From Amoebidium appalachense (lineage: Eukaryota > Protista > Ichthyosporea): DNA of 64,000 nucleotides. This document shows positions 30,772 through 47,263 of this stretch, one piece after another; position 1 is the first letter of the stretch; each line of letters begins with the position of its first letter. The position numbers were made by a program, and so were the translations under genes. The notes under the pieces were generated by a model. That model saw only the letters and a program-made list of their open reading frames with translations, made no database searches and was not told the origin of the DNA. The stretch lies in contig CAVNZM010000004.1 of NCBI GenBank assembly GCA_963693365.1, forward strand, positions 13,191,088 through 13,255,087, in the 5' to 3' direction.

Positions 30772-31982
30772 GATTGCAGAGCCGTGAGATCGGATTCCGG
30801 GTGCCTGTGAGGAATATTAATCTGCGTAATGATGCATGAATGCACTGGTATTGGTGATTGTTTTTTTTTGGCAGGAAACTTCAAAAATGAGCAAGTCGAA
30901 TGACCTGGTGTAATGGTTGGGGTGCTGATGGTGTTTGGAATCGTACCGTGGAAAAGGTGTTGTGTGTAGTCTGTGGTGGGTTGGTGGAACCCGAGACCGT
31001 ACGAACGGAATGCATATACAAGACTTCCAGTTATAGTGTAAATGATGTTGTGTAGTCACACATGGTATAATATTCGTTTCAATCTAGAAAGGGTATTGTC
31101 AATTTGAAATTTGAAGAGTGACACGGGCGGGTGGTGTGTATGTGTAGACTTAAGTTCTGTGCGAGAACTGTGTTCCTGGGCCCTAACAGTTGCATATTTT
31201 CTCGTATTCTTGCATATTTTCGTATATTCTTGTATAGTCTTGCAGTACAACGGCAAAATACGTGATAGTGGGTAGAAAGGCTGGCTGGCCAGGCCAGTAA
31301 ATAAAAATCTGTGGCAATTGCAAGGCCGTATGCAAAACATTGGTTTGAGAACGCAGTGCATGGTAAAATCATCGAGGACGTACCGGGAAACCCTCCCGAC
31401 CATTAGGCATGACACAGCAATGCACCTATACCCACAATCTTATGCATAATATGTACCCCCACCCATCTCTCAGGGCACCGCTTATCATCCTGCAGACATG
31501 ACCGGTAGCGAAGTCTAATTAATCTAATTATAGCATGTCATGCACACAAGTGGTACCGGTCCCAACCCGGTTGCGTCTGGACAATGTACACGTGCTTCAG
31601 ACCCCCCCACCCCCCCCACCCCCAACCTCCCCCACCGACCCCCCCCCCCCCCCCCCAAAACAAAATTATCAGATCATAATATGGCCATGCAGGGGTCGGT
31701 CTGTGCATGATTGGTGCATGCATCATGAAATGTATTTTACGGATTCGGAAGTGCCTGCACTTTGTTTTTGTATGCCACCAGATTGGTGAAATACTTAAAT
31801 ATGTAGTTACGCATGTTATAAGTTCTGTTCTGAAAACGTGAAAGTTCATGAATGTGCATCATAAAGTCCCCCCCCCTCCCCCCTCCCCCCCTGCTGCCGC
31901 CGCCCTCCCCCCCCCCTCTCCCCCCTTCCCCTCCCACGGTTTGGAGCCCCCCGAGGCCTCCCTCGGCCCGCCGCCCCCCTCC

Positions 31983-32028
<46 letters not shown>

Positions 32029-32246
32029 ACACACAACATGTACACATACACTGTACACTGTACACACACACACACACATAAGTATACCCACACGCACACG
32101 GTCCCAAGTTGAACCCCCCTGCCCCCAACCCCGGAACCCCCTTCACTTGTGCACACACTGCCACACACACATGCGCGCGCGCACGCACACACACACACCG
32201 CACACACACACCGTGCACAGTGTCGACGTCACGCGCGCACGCACTG

Positions 32247-32287
<41 letters not shown>

Positions 32288-32789
32288 GTCACCAATGATC
32301 ACACACATTGACATATATGTCGACACACACACACCGTCACACAGTGTCACACACACACACACATACACACACAAGCACACGTACAAGAACACACACGTAC
32401 AAGCACCCTACACAAGGACACAAACACAAGAGCACACACGCACACACACACACACGCACAACTTGAACAAAGCAACACACACATTAAACACATCCATACG
32501 CACACACAGACACACACACATCGATATCATGCTGTAATAATAGCGAAAGCTGGTCCTGCAGTAGAAGGTCTTGGCCGGCAAGGTGCCAATAGTCAACAGG
32601 TTTCAACACTGTGAACACAGAAAGTACCTGTGACGTCGACCATGCAGCAGTGTCCCCCCCTCCCCCCCCTCCCCCACACACACACACACACCTTCCGCTC
32701 CCCCCCCCCCCCCCCCCCCCCCTGGACGGATCTAAAATATCGCAGGACCTCAGTAGTACATAAACTAACCAATGTGTTGGATATGCCCA

Positions 32790-32820
<31 letters not shown>

Positions 32821-33496
32821 CTTGAACGCACGTGTGTGTGTCCGTGTGTCCGTCTGTGTATGTGTGTGTATGTTGGGGGGAGGATGAGGGGGGGGGGGGG
32901 GGGGGGGGATGAATCGATGATCGGAGACCACGTGATGGACTTGGGTGCTATCTATATCATCTTATTTATAACTGTCGTGGCAGCAGGCTTTCACCTGGCC
33001 TGTGGTATTGACGAATTCATCAACATGCCATAGTATAACACGCCCACAATAACGTTAACTTCAAGTGTTTCATAGCAACAATTCATCCACACTTCATACT
33101 TGTGGCAGTTGCGCGTCACTATAGATAATAAACAACAGCCTACAAAACGTTTATTCAACGTATTGTTGATCTGGGAGGGAAAACACAACGAAGGCCTTAC
33201 AAGTTGCCTTGCTCTACAATATCACCAGAGTTCACAGGTCAAATCGCTCTCACAGCTGCGGGCCCAAAATCTCACTAAATTTGAAACAGTTTACCTACGA
33301 GCATCTTAAGTATGACACTTATCACAAATGGTTTGGTCAGTGACGCAGTAGAAACATGCCTTCAGTGGAAAGTTGACCAATGAGCATTAAACCCAATTTC
33401 GGTTTTCATAGACATGCGAGTTGCTAGGATCATAAAACAAATATCATCGTCGGAATAATTATGATCAATACAGGTAACAGTGTGCTAGTCCCGCAC

Positions 33497-35604
33497 CTAC
33501 AGGTGCAGCACCTTCCTGTAGGGCTGCATGTCCACCCCGGCAGCCTTGAGCAGATCACGTGCCAGTGCATTGAGGTGCATGCTGCGCACCATGGTGCTGT
33601 GCTCGTACATCTCCAGCAGACAGAACAGTGCCTCGGCTGGCTGCAGGCCATTATCGCAGTCCCGCAGCTGCTCGGCCACGTCCTGCTGCCGCTCCAGAGG
33701 ATACACCCCACTGTCCCAGCGGCCCTCGGCCAGCCCCACAACAATCACCGGCACAGGCATGCCCTCGGCCGTGGTGGCTGCAAACGTGAGCTGCCTCTCG
33801 TCGTACTCGACCATCAGAAACCGCAGTGGCTTGCTGGGAGGGGCCAGGTGCGTGGCGTAGCGGCCCACCTGCACCTCAAAGCCCGAGCGCACCCTGGCCT
33901 CTCTGGTGCAGATGTCCTTGCCCCGCTTGAGCTCGGCAGCCCCAAAAACGTCCACCCCGTCTGGCCGCATGGTCACATCGCCAACCTTGAATATGGCACC
34001 GCTGGCCCCACCATGTCTGCAGAAGTCAGAAGGCAGCACGAGTCAGACTGAGTGACTGGTGGTCGTACTCTGTGTCTTATCCAGGCACCGAGGACATTAT
34101 GTATCACCGCTCACATGGTGCAGCATTCTGAAAACGGTGACAAGACCTATTAGCCTGAAATTAATCACTAACTAAAAATTAAAAATATTGGGACCCGCAA
34201 GCCACCTGGGCATGGCATTTCCTTTTCAGCAAAGCTTCCTAGGTGTAAATAGTTTCTGCATGTTCTTTTCCGCCATTGAAGTGCAATCAGTGCAAGATGT
34301 GTTCAAAGTCTTTGCATGTAACAGTGACGGAACATGCTACATCCCCACTTTTGGGAAAACAAAACCTTAAATGTACTAACCGAGCTCATTCAACACTACT
34401 AGCACATGCATACACTGATGGGCCTGGCAGTATGTTGTAAACGTTCTTATAAATATTAGTCTCATAAGAATCTAATTTGAAAAGTGCTGCAACGCATGAG
34501 AGCGAGAACACCCACCAGCAAGCAAGAAGGACAACAAGTTTTTAAAATTTTATGAAGGGAAAATGACGAGGTAGACCAGAATCTTACCGAAGAAGAAATT
34601 CCCCGATGGTAGCTTCGTGTGGACCCAGTGCGCTCTGTCGTGCGGCACACCGGAGGTGCTCGAAAAATGCGTCTGTTGTGCTGTTGCTGCGCATGTCTGG
34701 GTTTGCACAGCACGTGTTGCCCACTTGCACATGTGCCGAGCACACTGCCATCCCGCAGGAGAAACAGACTCTCGGGTCGAGGGATAGCTTACCACCGCAC
34801 AGACGGCAGCCTGCCGCATGAATCAACTGGACAAGCGCATTGTGTCTCTCCTGCCGCATGCTGGCCTTTGCAAGTCGTTTCAGCGGTTTGCGTGCTTTTG
34901 CCAGCACCTTCACCGTGACGTACTTTCTACCACAGGAGTAGCTACAGGCCTCGGCATGGCAGGCATTGCTGCAGACAGGGCGGCCGGTCGTTGGGCACAC
35001 TCTTGCCGTCACCTTGTTGCACTTGTGGCAGGCAACGTCAGCAGTCAGCAGCTGCACCAGGTCCTGTGGGTGTGGAGTGGGGTCAGCACAAAGGCTGAGT
35101 GGAATGGGCGACCGGCAACCACTGGGCGCGTACCGGTGCCTCCTCCATGGGCATACCAGGGGCCAGACCACGCTACTAGCACAACGAACAGGATGTCCCA
35201 CTGCAGCGACCTCCCGCCAAAGGTCCTGCTGGCAGTGCCCCAGCCACAGGGTCCCCTGCCATATAATACGGCTAGCTCCCAATCGCAGCTCACTTACGCG
35301 CAAAACAAGTGTGCCCGTGGGAACATCAGTGTAGGTCGCACCAAGAGCATGGCTGGGTTGGAGGGCTAAGTTGGGGATGGCAAGGTACGGGTTTCATGGA
35401 GGCTAGTCCCCTACCCACCTTCTGTTCGTTGCGCATGGACGGCGTCATGTTGTGGACAAACTGGCGCAGAAGATGGCCCCGCTGTGCGTCCCATTTGCTG
35501 ACAGTTCTTGGTTTGCGCTGAAGCTTGAGGCGTAAAGGTGATGCTTTGGCTGCGGCTGAGCTGTGCCCCGAAGCTGCCGTTGAAGAAGAAGCTTTGATGA
35601 ACAT
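33497..35604 (-). CDS. Uncharacterised ~426-aa protein: two zinc-finger-like modules plus a C-terminal PD-(D/E)xK nuclease-like domain
   Basis: Phase-consistent exons 35604-35419, 35255-35157, 35063-34588 and 34016-33497; the last intron has a GTAAGA donor and a CTGAC...TGCAG acceptor. Motifs: CHKC-x7-CPTTGRPVCSNACH, CRLC-x10-CFSC-x4-CSAH, and HEATIGEFLLRHG...RPDG...AELK...QVGRY. The exon 1 and 2 boundaries are less certain. Confidence 0.65.
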
Positions 35605-36510
35605 TTTCAAGTTAGTTCCGAAGGACACTGTGGGTCAAGCAGCCTTTTTTTTTACCCTGGCTGTAACATCGGCGTCGCCCGCAATTAAGATACCAGCTAC
35701 TGAGAAAGACCCCATGAAAACAGAGAAACGCGGTTAAATGTATTGTTGTATGCGAAGATGGAAAATGGATTTTTTTTCTTAAAAAAAAAAAATTAATCTC
35801 CAAGAAGGATGATCAATAAAAGAGTATGTATGCTATAGAGAAAGATTTTCCCTTCTGGCCGATCGATGCGACTCAGGCATGAATTTGAAGCTTCTTAATC
35901 TATAGGGTCATTTGGGCATGTTAGCCAATCACAACGCTTCGCCGTAAACTCCGATAGCACTGAGGAGATAACGGATCTAAGTTATCAGAAAACCTCGACT
36001 CGGTGCTGCTTCCGGCGACGGTCACAAAGACAAAGTTTTCTCTTCAGCGCTATACTATACACATAACATATAATGAAAGGCATAGTTATCTACTGAGGTG
36101 GAAAAAGGTGGTGGTAGTAACGGTGGTGATGGTGGAGAAGCAAAGATGAAGCCCTGTGGTATATTATACCGGATATCTAGTATGGATGTACATAGGTTGA
36201 GATATTCGCGCGTGTGTGCATGTATATATACCACTGTGTTTGATCTTAGGTAGGCCAGTATGCATCTCCCCCCCAGTCTTGTGCACATGAGCATGGAGCT
36301 AGACATATGTGCACGTGCAGCTTGCATGTTTATTCATGGGAAAACGGATATGATAGTCGCATGCGACCGACACGTAGCAGAGGGAGCGTTTATATCGTAG
36401 TTTTTCATGGGAAAATATGCAAGTAGCCGTGAGGTATGACTGTGGGAATGCATCGCTAGTCAAGTTCTGTCACCCGATAGGCTCACTTAGTTTATTGAAA
36501 CCGTGACGCC

Positions 36511-37089
36511 CAGGGTTCGACATTTGGGTTTCAAGTCGGGTATTTTCCGAAGTTTTGTGACGTCATCCATTTTGGCCTCGCGAAAGGTGGGGTATTTCCA
36601 GGATATACGTACTTTGGATAGATCAGATAAACCTTTGTATACCTATCCGCTAATATGTAAATATATCCTATGGGGGGCAGCCCCTCTGAAGCCAAAACAC
36701 ACTTGATACAGGTGCTTTTGAAACTCAGGGTTTTGTTTTCACTGAGCACGCATGTCACACTCGCCTACCCGCACCATTATAACCTAAGACAGCCAGTCTA
36801 ACTTTCGTTTAGGTGTTATAATCGCCTGTTCATCTCAGGATAGAGACATTGTGTTGATGACTAACTTTTAATGAATAGCCAGAGGCGCGCGCAGCGCGCC
36901 GCCCGCTGAAAAGCTTTGCTTAGTGTCGCACCTGTTCCTGTGTGCTAAGTTCTCTCCGTGTCTCTAAATGGTCGTTTATTAGATATGTCTTTCTCCTTAG
37001 GATTTCTCTTACGGTCACTTCCTCTCTTGGGGCGCCCGCGCACCCCCTTCTAGAGATCTGAAGTCTCTCTCTCTTCTCTCTCTCTGTCC

Positions 37090-37170
<81 letters not shown>

Positions 37171-37312
37171 CCTCCCTCCCTCACTCCCTCCCTCCCTCTC
37201 CCTCTCTGCCTCTCTCCCTCCCCCCCAGTCTCTCTCTTTCTTTCGGTCTCTCTCTCTATCTATCTCTCTCTCTCCCCCCCCCCCCAGTCTCTCTCTTTCT
37301 TTCGCTTGCTCG

Positions 37313-37344
<32 letters not shown>

Positions 37345-38688
37345 TTATCTCTCTCTCTCTCTCTCTCTCGCCCCCTCTTCCCCCAGGCTTTCCGGACAGT
37401 CTCTCTCTCTTCACGTTCTTCCTCCTCTCCCTCTCTCTGTCTCTCTGTCTCTCGCTCTCACCGCCTCCCCCCCCCTTCCCCCCCCCCCCCCCCCCCCTCC
37501 CCCCCGCCCGAGTCTCTCTCTCAGGCAGTTTTCAATCCCTCGCTCTTTATATAGATATGTCTCTCTCTCTCTTTCTCTCCCTCTTCTCCTCTCTACTTTC
37601 TCTCTCTCCCTCTCTCCCCGAGAGTCTCTTTGTCTCTCTCCCCCTCTCTCACGGTGCTCTGAGACTCCCGGTCTCTCTTTCTCTCCGAAGCCTCCCCCTC
37701 TCCCCCCCACCCCCACCCCCTCCCTCACTACCCTCCCAGCTCTCTCTCTGCCTGTCTCCTCCGCCTACAGGCAACTGGGCTTTCTTTCCAGTTCCAACGT
37801 AATATCCCTCTCGTTGTCCCCCCCCCCCCCCCCCCCCCCTCCCCCGGGCCGGGGGGTTAGAAACGGCTGCATTTTCCTCCTCCACCTCAGCCACCTGCTT
37901 GGCAACCGAAATATTAGCACCCGATTCCTGGCCCACAGACTTTTCAGTGGCGACCGTACCAGACTGCTTGGCCTTCTTTGCCTTGACCACCGCAGCGTGT
38001 TTAAGAAAATCGCCCAACTTGAGTGTTTTAGGGCCAGGCTTCGACTGCTCCTTCCCATCTGAAAAGCGATGGTCAGGCTGCCGAGTGCTGGCAGCCACAG
38101 GGGCTACCCTTTTTTAGGAAGCGCGTGTTTGACCATGGAGAGAGTGACCTACAGCGAAAGGGCCCAAAAACAACACGGGTGAAAGCGTGACACGTGAGAA
38201 CTTAAAAAAAAAACCGGCTCTGATTCACCTGACAACTGACTTGAAGGCTGTGTTTTGACTGAAGGGAGGGAGTTTCGCGCCAAAAAAAAAAAAACCGAAA
38301 ATAACCATCAGACTCCCTCTCTGCCTCTCTCCCTCTCCCCCTCCCCCCCAGTCTCTCTCTTTCTTTCGGTCTCTCTCTCTATCTCTCTATCTCTCTCCCC
38401 CCCCCCCCCCCCCAGTCTCTCTCTTTCTTTCGCTCGCTCGTTCTCTCTCTCTTTCTCTCTCTCACTCTTTATATATATATATATATCTCTCTCTCTCTCT
38501 CTCTCTCGCCCCCTCTTCCCCCAGGCTTTCCGGACAGTCTCTCTCTCTTCACGTTCTTCCTCCTTTCCCTCTCTCTGTCTCTCGGTCTCTCTCTCTCACC
38601 GTCTCCCCCCCTTCCCCGCCCCCCCTCTCCCCCCGCCCGAGTCTCTCTCTCAGACAGTTTTCAATCCCTCGCTCTTTATATATATATA

Positions 38689-38736
<48 letters not shown>

Positions 38737-38976
38737 TCTCTACTTTCTCTCTCTCCCTCTCTCCCCGAGAGTCTGTTTGTCTCTCTCTCTCCCCCTCTCT
38801 CACGGTGCTCTGAGACTCCCGGTCTCTCTTTCTCTCCGAAGCCTCCCCCTCTCCCCCCCACCCCCACCCCCTCCCTCACTACCCTCCCAGCTCTCTCTCT
38901 GCCTGTCTCCTCCGCCTACAGGCAACTGGGCTTTCTTTCCAACGTAATATCCCTCTCGTTGTCCCCCCCCCCCCCC

Positions 38977-39015
<39 letters not shown>

Positions 39016-39771
39016 TTCCCCCGGGCCGGGGGGTTAGAAACGGCTGCATTTTCCTCCACCACCTCCGCCACCTGCTTGGCAACCGAAATATTAGCACCCG
39101 ATTCCTGGCCCACAGACTTTTCAGTGGCGACCGTACCAGACTGCTTGGCCTTCTTTGCCTTGACCACCGCAGCGTGTTTAAGAAAATCGCCCAACTTGAG
39201 TGTTTTAGGGCCAGGCTTCGACTGCTCCTTCCCATCTGAAAAGCGATGGTCAGGCTGCCGAGTGCTGGCAGCCACAGGGGCTACCCTATTTTAGGAAGCG
39301 CGTGTGCCCATGGAGAGAGTGACCTACAGCGAAAGGGCCCAAAAACAACACGGGTGAAAGCGTGACACGTGAGAACTCAAAAAAAACCGGCTCTGATTCA
39401 CCTGACAACTGACTTGAAGGCTGTGTTTTGACTGAAGGGAGGGAGTTTCGCGCCAAATAAAAAAACCGAAAATAACCATCAGACTGGTGTAAGGCCCATG
39501 ACATTTTTTTTTCTTTTCTTTTGACATGACATTTGTAACTTAATGTCAACAAAAAGCCCCCAAAACCTTAAGATTATGTCAAAAGGTTCCCCAATTTTAC
39601 CATTACGGTGGCCAAAATTCATTTTACTTGACTTCTGAGTGCGGGATAACCGAGCGAACTATCTCATGCATGAAAATAATAGCCTATCACCGAGTTCCCA
39701 CCTTCGGGGGGATCAATAAACCCGAGTCAAAAGAAAAGAGAAAAAAAAAAAGAAAAAAAAAAAAAAAGGGG

Positions 39772-39825
<54 letters not shown>

Positions 39826-39960
39826 CTATATGTACACTCCACTATCCGGCCACGTACCCTACGCAGGAAGGGTAGTGTACCCCAGCCTCTTCCAGGCGGG
39901 GTATTTTTTTCTGGCAGTGGGGTATTTTTTAGGGTATTTTTGGGGTATTGTCTAACCCTG
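36511..39960. mobile_element. Non-autonomous hAT-type DNA transposon nested in the solo LTR
   Basis: TIRs CAGGGTTCGACA / TGTCTAACCCTG match at 11 of 12 positions. A perfect 8-bp TSD GTGACGCC lies at 36503-36510 and 39961-39968, with subterminal GGGTATT repeats. No transposase was recognised. Confidence 0.9.
37200..39484. repeat. ~1.15 kb tandem duplication inside the hAT element (37200-38314 / 38315-39484)
   Basis: Both units end in AATAACCATCAGACT and carry the same CT-rich tract and short Lys/Ala-rich minus-strand frame. Confidence 0.9.
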
Positions 39961-41064
39961 GTGACGCCATGGGACAGATTCCGACAGAACCGTGAACCGT
40001 ATGTGATTGGCTCTCGTAGCCAAAAGGACATACCGATGCGCAAGCCTGAGCCGCTGTGCGAGCTCCGACCGATATACTGCTTGTCGGGGGCTTCAGAGCT
40101 CACTCTGTGTGCTCGTCTTACTAGGTGTAAGTAGGGCTAGCACGTCACTTAGCAAAGCGTGGTCTAGTCAACCCTGTTCATTCAGAATATATTTGTTTAG
40201 TCACGGACACACGTTCTAAATTATACAACAAGCCCTTGAGGGATCATCGTCGTGCATGCACCGCCCAGGATCAGGATAAAATAAGCATGGATGGTATGCA
40301 GCATGGCATGTTGGTAAAAGGCATCATGATCTGGCGGTCTTGATTGGTGCCGTGGTGATGGTCTGGGAACTTGATGATAAACCACTTTAACTCCACCCAA
40401 TAGGCGCTTGGAATGAAAGTGTTCCGAGAGTTTGACCAATCGAAATCGGCCACTCTTATCGGCAATTCCGCGGATAAAAACAGGATAAGCCGCGTCGGGT
40501 AGTTCACGTGACCGACAACATGTCCTGAGTTGTTTGTGTTAGCGACGCGCTAGAGGCGCTAGCAGGCTTACTAAGTTAACGACTAAATGTTCAAAACTAA
40601 ATTTCCTCATATACCATATATGGTATATGAGACTATTGGTCCGTTATATCTCCACCAATCAAATTGAGTGCGGCCATGAACCATGCAGGTGCATAACGGC
40701 AGATCGTAATCCCCCATACTCCCTAACTCCCGATACTCAGTGGGGGCCGATAATCCTACATATGAAATGTGATCAATTATATAGTGAAATTTCAAAATGA
40801 ACCCTTTCTCCTTAAGATACTGGCAGGCGAATGCGGGGCCCCCGCCTGCTAGATGGGGCCGGTGGCTCATGCCCCTCGCGCAGGTACAATCCAAAACTGT
40901 TATGAGAAAACGAATGTTGAAGAGTGTGTGTGTTTGTGATCCACGTCATGTGTGTACACGTGTGCATGTGCTTATGTGTACATGTGTACACGTGTGTGCG
41001 TGTGTGTGTTTCTATGTGTATCACCGTGTGCACATGTGTGTGCGTGTGCGTGTGTGTGTGTGAC

Positions 41065-41111
<47 letters not shown>

Positions 41112-41229
41112 TGTGTGTGTATGTGTCACGGTTCCTAGGTCGCGAGAAACTAGGAGGTACGTGTCATGCGGGGAAAGTCTTTGGGCGTTTGGGACAGGAA
41201 GAGAGGGGTGGGACAGCCCAGTGGGTGGG

Positions 41230-41268
<39 letters not shown>

Positions 41269-41894
41269 TATACACACCTGTGCACCCAGGGTGACAGCAA
41301 ACAGGAGCAGAACGACCTGCCAGGTCCTCATTCCACCACCAGAACCAACCTTGCGGGAACCCATATTGTGTGGGCAAATGAATCAACAACGCCGTTACGT
41401 GGCTACGCGAAGTACTTTTGAAAAGAAGTGTGCTTGGTTTGTTTCAGTACGTTTACTGAGTGCCCCCGTTACGTTTTATGGTAACGTGCCATAGCTGCCC
41501 AAAACGCATTGCCGCGCTCGCTGCAAACAGCGCAACGCTCTAGACAATTGGTACCGAGATAGACGAAAAATCTCCAAGCACATTTAGAGACCCCAAAACT
41601 AGGCAAATTTTGAACCCCAAAATTTTTAAATTACAGTATTTGTCCCCGGTATCCGTTCTCCATTCTTTATCGGGGCTATAAACACCCACTTATTTGCTCT
41701 TCAAAATCCGTGTCAGCGATTGGGCGAAAGCGTTTTTATCGTTTACCCTCCTCCCATTAGCCAATCAAATCGCATATATTCGCAGCTACCCCGGGGCTCC
41801 CCTCACCTCCCCCCCTCCCCGTCCGGATCTTTCGAACCCTACTCCTATTTAATCTCGTGGAGTAGAAAGGAGCCTACCGGCCCCAAGGGAGGAA

Positions 41895-41945
<51 letters not shown>

Positions 41946-42126
41946 GGATATGTACATTGTCATGCAGGGGCTCTGTGGCTGTGTGGCGCACAGTGATGGC
42001 TGCAAAGTCCTGCAGTAGAACCTCGGCTGCCTTGGCTGCCTGCTTGCGATGCACTAGGCCCCGTACATATTCTGCAATTTTTTTCGTTTGTTTGTTGTTT
42101 TTGGGTTGGATGGTTGGTTGGGGCAG

Positions 42127-42160
<34 letters not shown>

Positions 42161-42311
42161 AAAGGTTAGTTCAGGTGAAATGAGGTTCCAAGTCAAGGAT
42201 TCTAGTGGTTGGGAAACCTGAAAAACACGGAGAGAAAACGAGATAATGGTAAATTCCAGTAAAATGGGCATGGCACATTTGCATCATTGCCTATTTCAGG
42301 GGGACCGGGCG
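41946..42311 (-). pseudogene. Inverted copy of a PPR gene exon and its upstream intron (source ~20053-20430)
   Basis: Encodes EYVRGLVHRKQAAKAAEVLLQDFAAITVRHTATEPLHDN, one residue different from the source exon; bounded by poly-G on both sides. Confidence 0.9.
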
Positions 42312-42586
42312 GGGGGGGGGGGGGGGGGGGGGGGGATACGACAGCTCTAATATATATTTTTTTTATAAAATTGTCTAGAAATCAAGGGTTGCACCGGAAG
42401 CAGACCGCTTGCCTTCATACATTGTGGGTGGATAGAGGCAGGCAGTAAGAGGATATGAAGAACAATAACAGGATGGTGTTGGGGTAGTGAGTGTTGGGCC
42501 GTGGGTGCTCATGAGGGAGGGAGAGGGGGGGGGGGGGAGGGGGGGGGGGCTCTATGAACTGAGCTGACTTTGTGTCTGGCATGCAG

Positions 42587-45736
<3,150 letters not shown>

Positions 45737-47215
45737 GATTGCAGAGCCGTGAGATCGGATTCCGGGTGCCTGTGAGGAATATTAATCTGCGTAATGATGC
45801 ATGAATGCACTGGTATTGGTGATTGTTTTTTTTTGGCAGGAAACTTCAAAAATGAGCAAGTCGAATGACCTGGTGTAATGGTTGGGGTGCTGATGGTGTT
45901 TGGAATCGTACCGTGGAAAAGGACCTGGTGTTGTGTGTAGTCTGTGGTGGGTTGGTGGAACCCGAGACCGTACGAACGGAATGCATATACAAGACTTCCA
46001 GTTATAGTGTAAATGATGTTGTGTAGTCACACATGGTATAATATTCGTTTCAATCTAGAAAGGGTATTGTCAATTTGAAATTTGAAGAGTGACATGGGCG
46101 GGTGGTGTGTATGTGTAGACTTAAGTTCTGTTCGAGAACTGTGTTCCTGGGCCCTAACAGTTGCATATTTTCTCGTATTCTTGCATATTTTCGTATATTC
46201 TTGTATAGTCTTGCAGTACAACGGCAAAATACGTGATAGTGGGTAGAAAGGCTGGCTGGCCAGGCCAGTAAATAAAAATCTGTGGCAATTGCAAGGCCGT
46301 ATGCAAAACATTGGTTTGAGAACGCAGTGCATGGTAAAATCATCGAGGACGTACCGGGAAACTCTCCCGACCATTAGGTCATGACACAGCAATGCACCTA
46401 TACCCTGGCCACAATCTTATGCATAATATGTACCCCCACCCACCTCTCAGGGCACCGCTTATCATCCTGCAGACATGACCGGTAGCGAAGTCTAATTAAT
46501 CTAATTATAGCATGTCATGCACACAAGTGGTACCGGTCCCAACCCGGTTACGTCTGGACAATGTACACGTGCTTCAGACCCCCCCCCCCCCCCCCCCCCC
46601 CCCCCACCTCGCCCCACCGACCCCCCCCCCCTCCCCCCCCAAAAAAATTATCAGATCATAATATGGCCATGCAGGGGTGCATGATTGGTGCATGCATCAT
46701 GAAATGTATTTTACGGATTCGGAAGTGCCTGCACTTTGTTTTTGTATGCCACCAGATTGGTGAAATACTTAAATATGTAGTTACACATGTTATAAGTTCT
46801 GTTCTGAAAACGTGAAAGTTCATGAATGTGCATCATAAAGTCCCCCCCCCCCCCCCCCCCTCCCCCCCCTGCTGCCGCCGCCCTCCCCCCCCCCTCCCCC
46901 CTTCCCCTCCCACGGTTTGGAGCCCCCCGAGGCCTCCCTCGGCCCGCCGCCCCCCTCCTCCCCCCCCCCCCCCCCCCCCCCCCCCCAAACACACAACATG
47001 TACACATACACTGTACACTGTACACACACACACCGACATACGTATACACACACGCACACGGTCCCAAGTTGAACCCCCCTGCCCCCAACCCCGGAACCCC
47101 CTTCACTTGTGCACACACTGCCACACACACATGCGCGCGCGCACACACACACACACACCGCACACACACACCGTGCACAGTGTCGACGTCACACGCGCAC
47201 GCACTGGCACACACA

Positions 47216-47263
<48 letters not shown>

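Larger units (their letters stand above)
36155..40230 (-). mobile_element. Solo LTR (~620 bp once the nested hAT element is removed)
   Basis: Begins TGTGGTATA and ends TATACAACA (TG...CA, inverted termini). The 5-bp TSD AGCCC sits at 36150-36154 and 40231-40235, and the empty site GATGAAGCCCTTGAGG is present in copy B near 51260. The strand is inferred only from an AATAAA on the - strand near 36491. Confidence 0.8.

Noticed and set aside
32520-32655. Open minus-strand frame (VDYWHLAGQDLLLQ) present in both duplicated copies
   Set aside because: Its conservation is explained by the recent duplication; no domain or linked exons were found.
37649-39275. Duplicated Lys/Ala-rich ORF inside the hAT element as a transposase
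   Set aside because: No BED finger, DDE or dimerisation motif; it has no ATG start and runs into poly-G.
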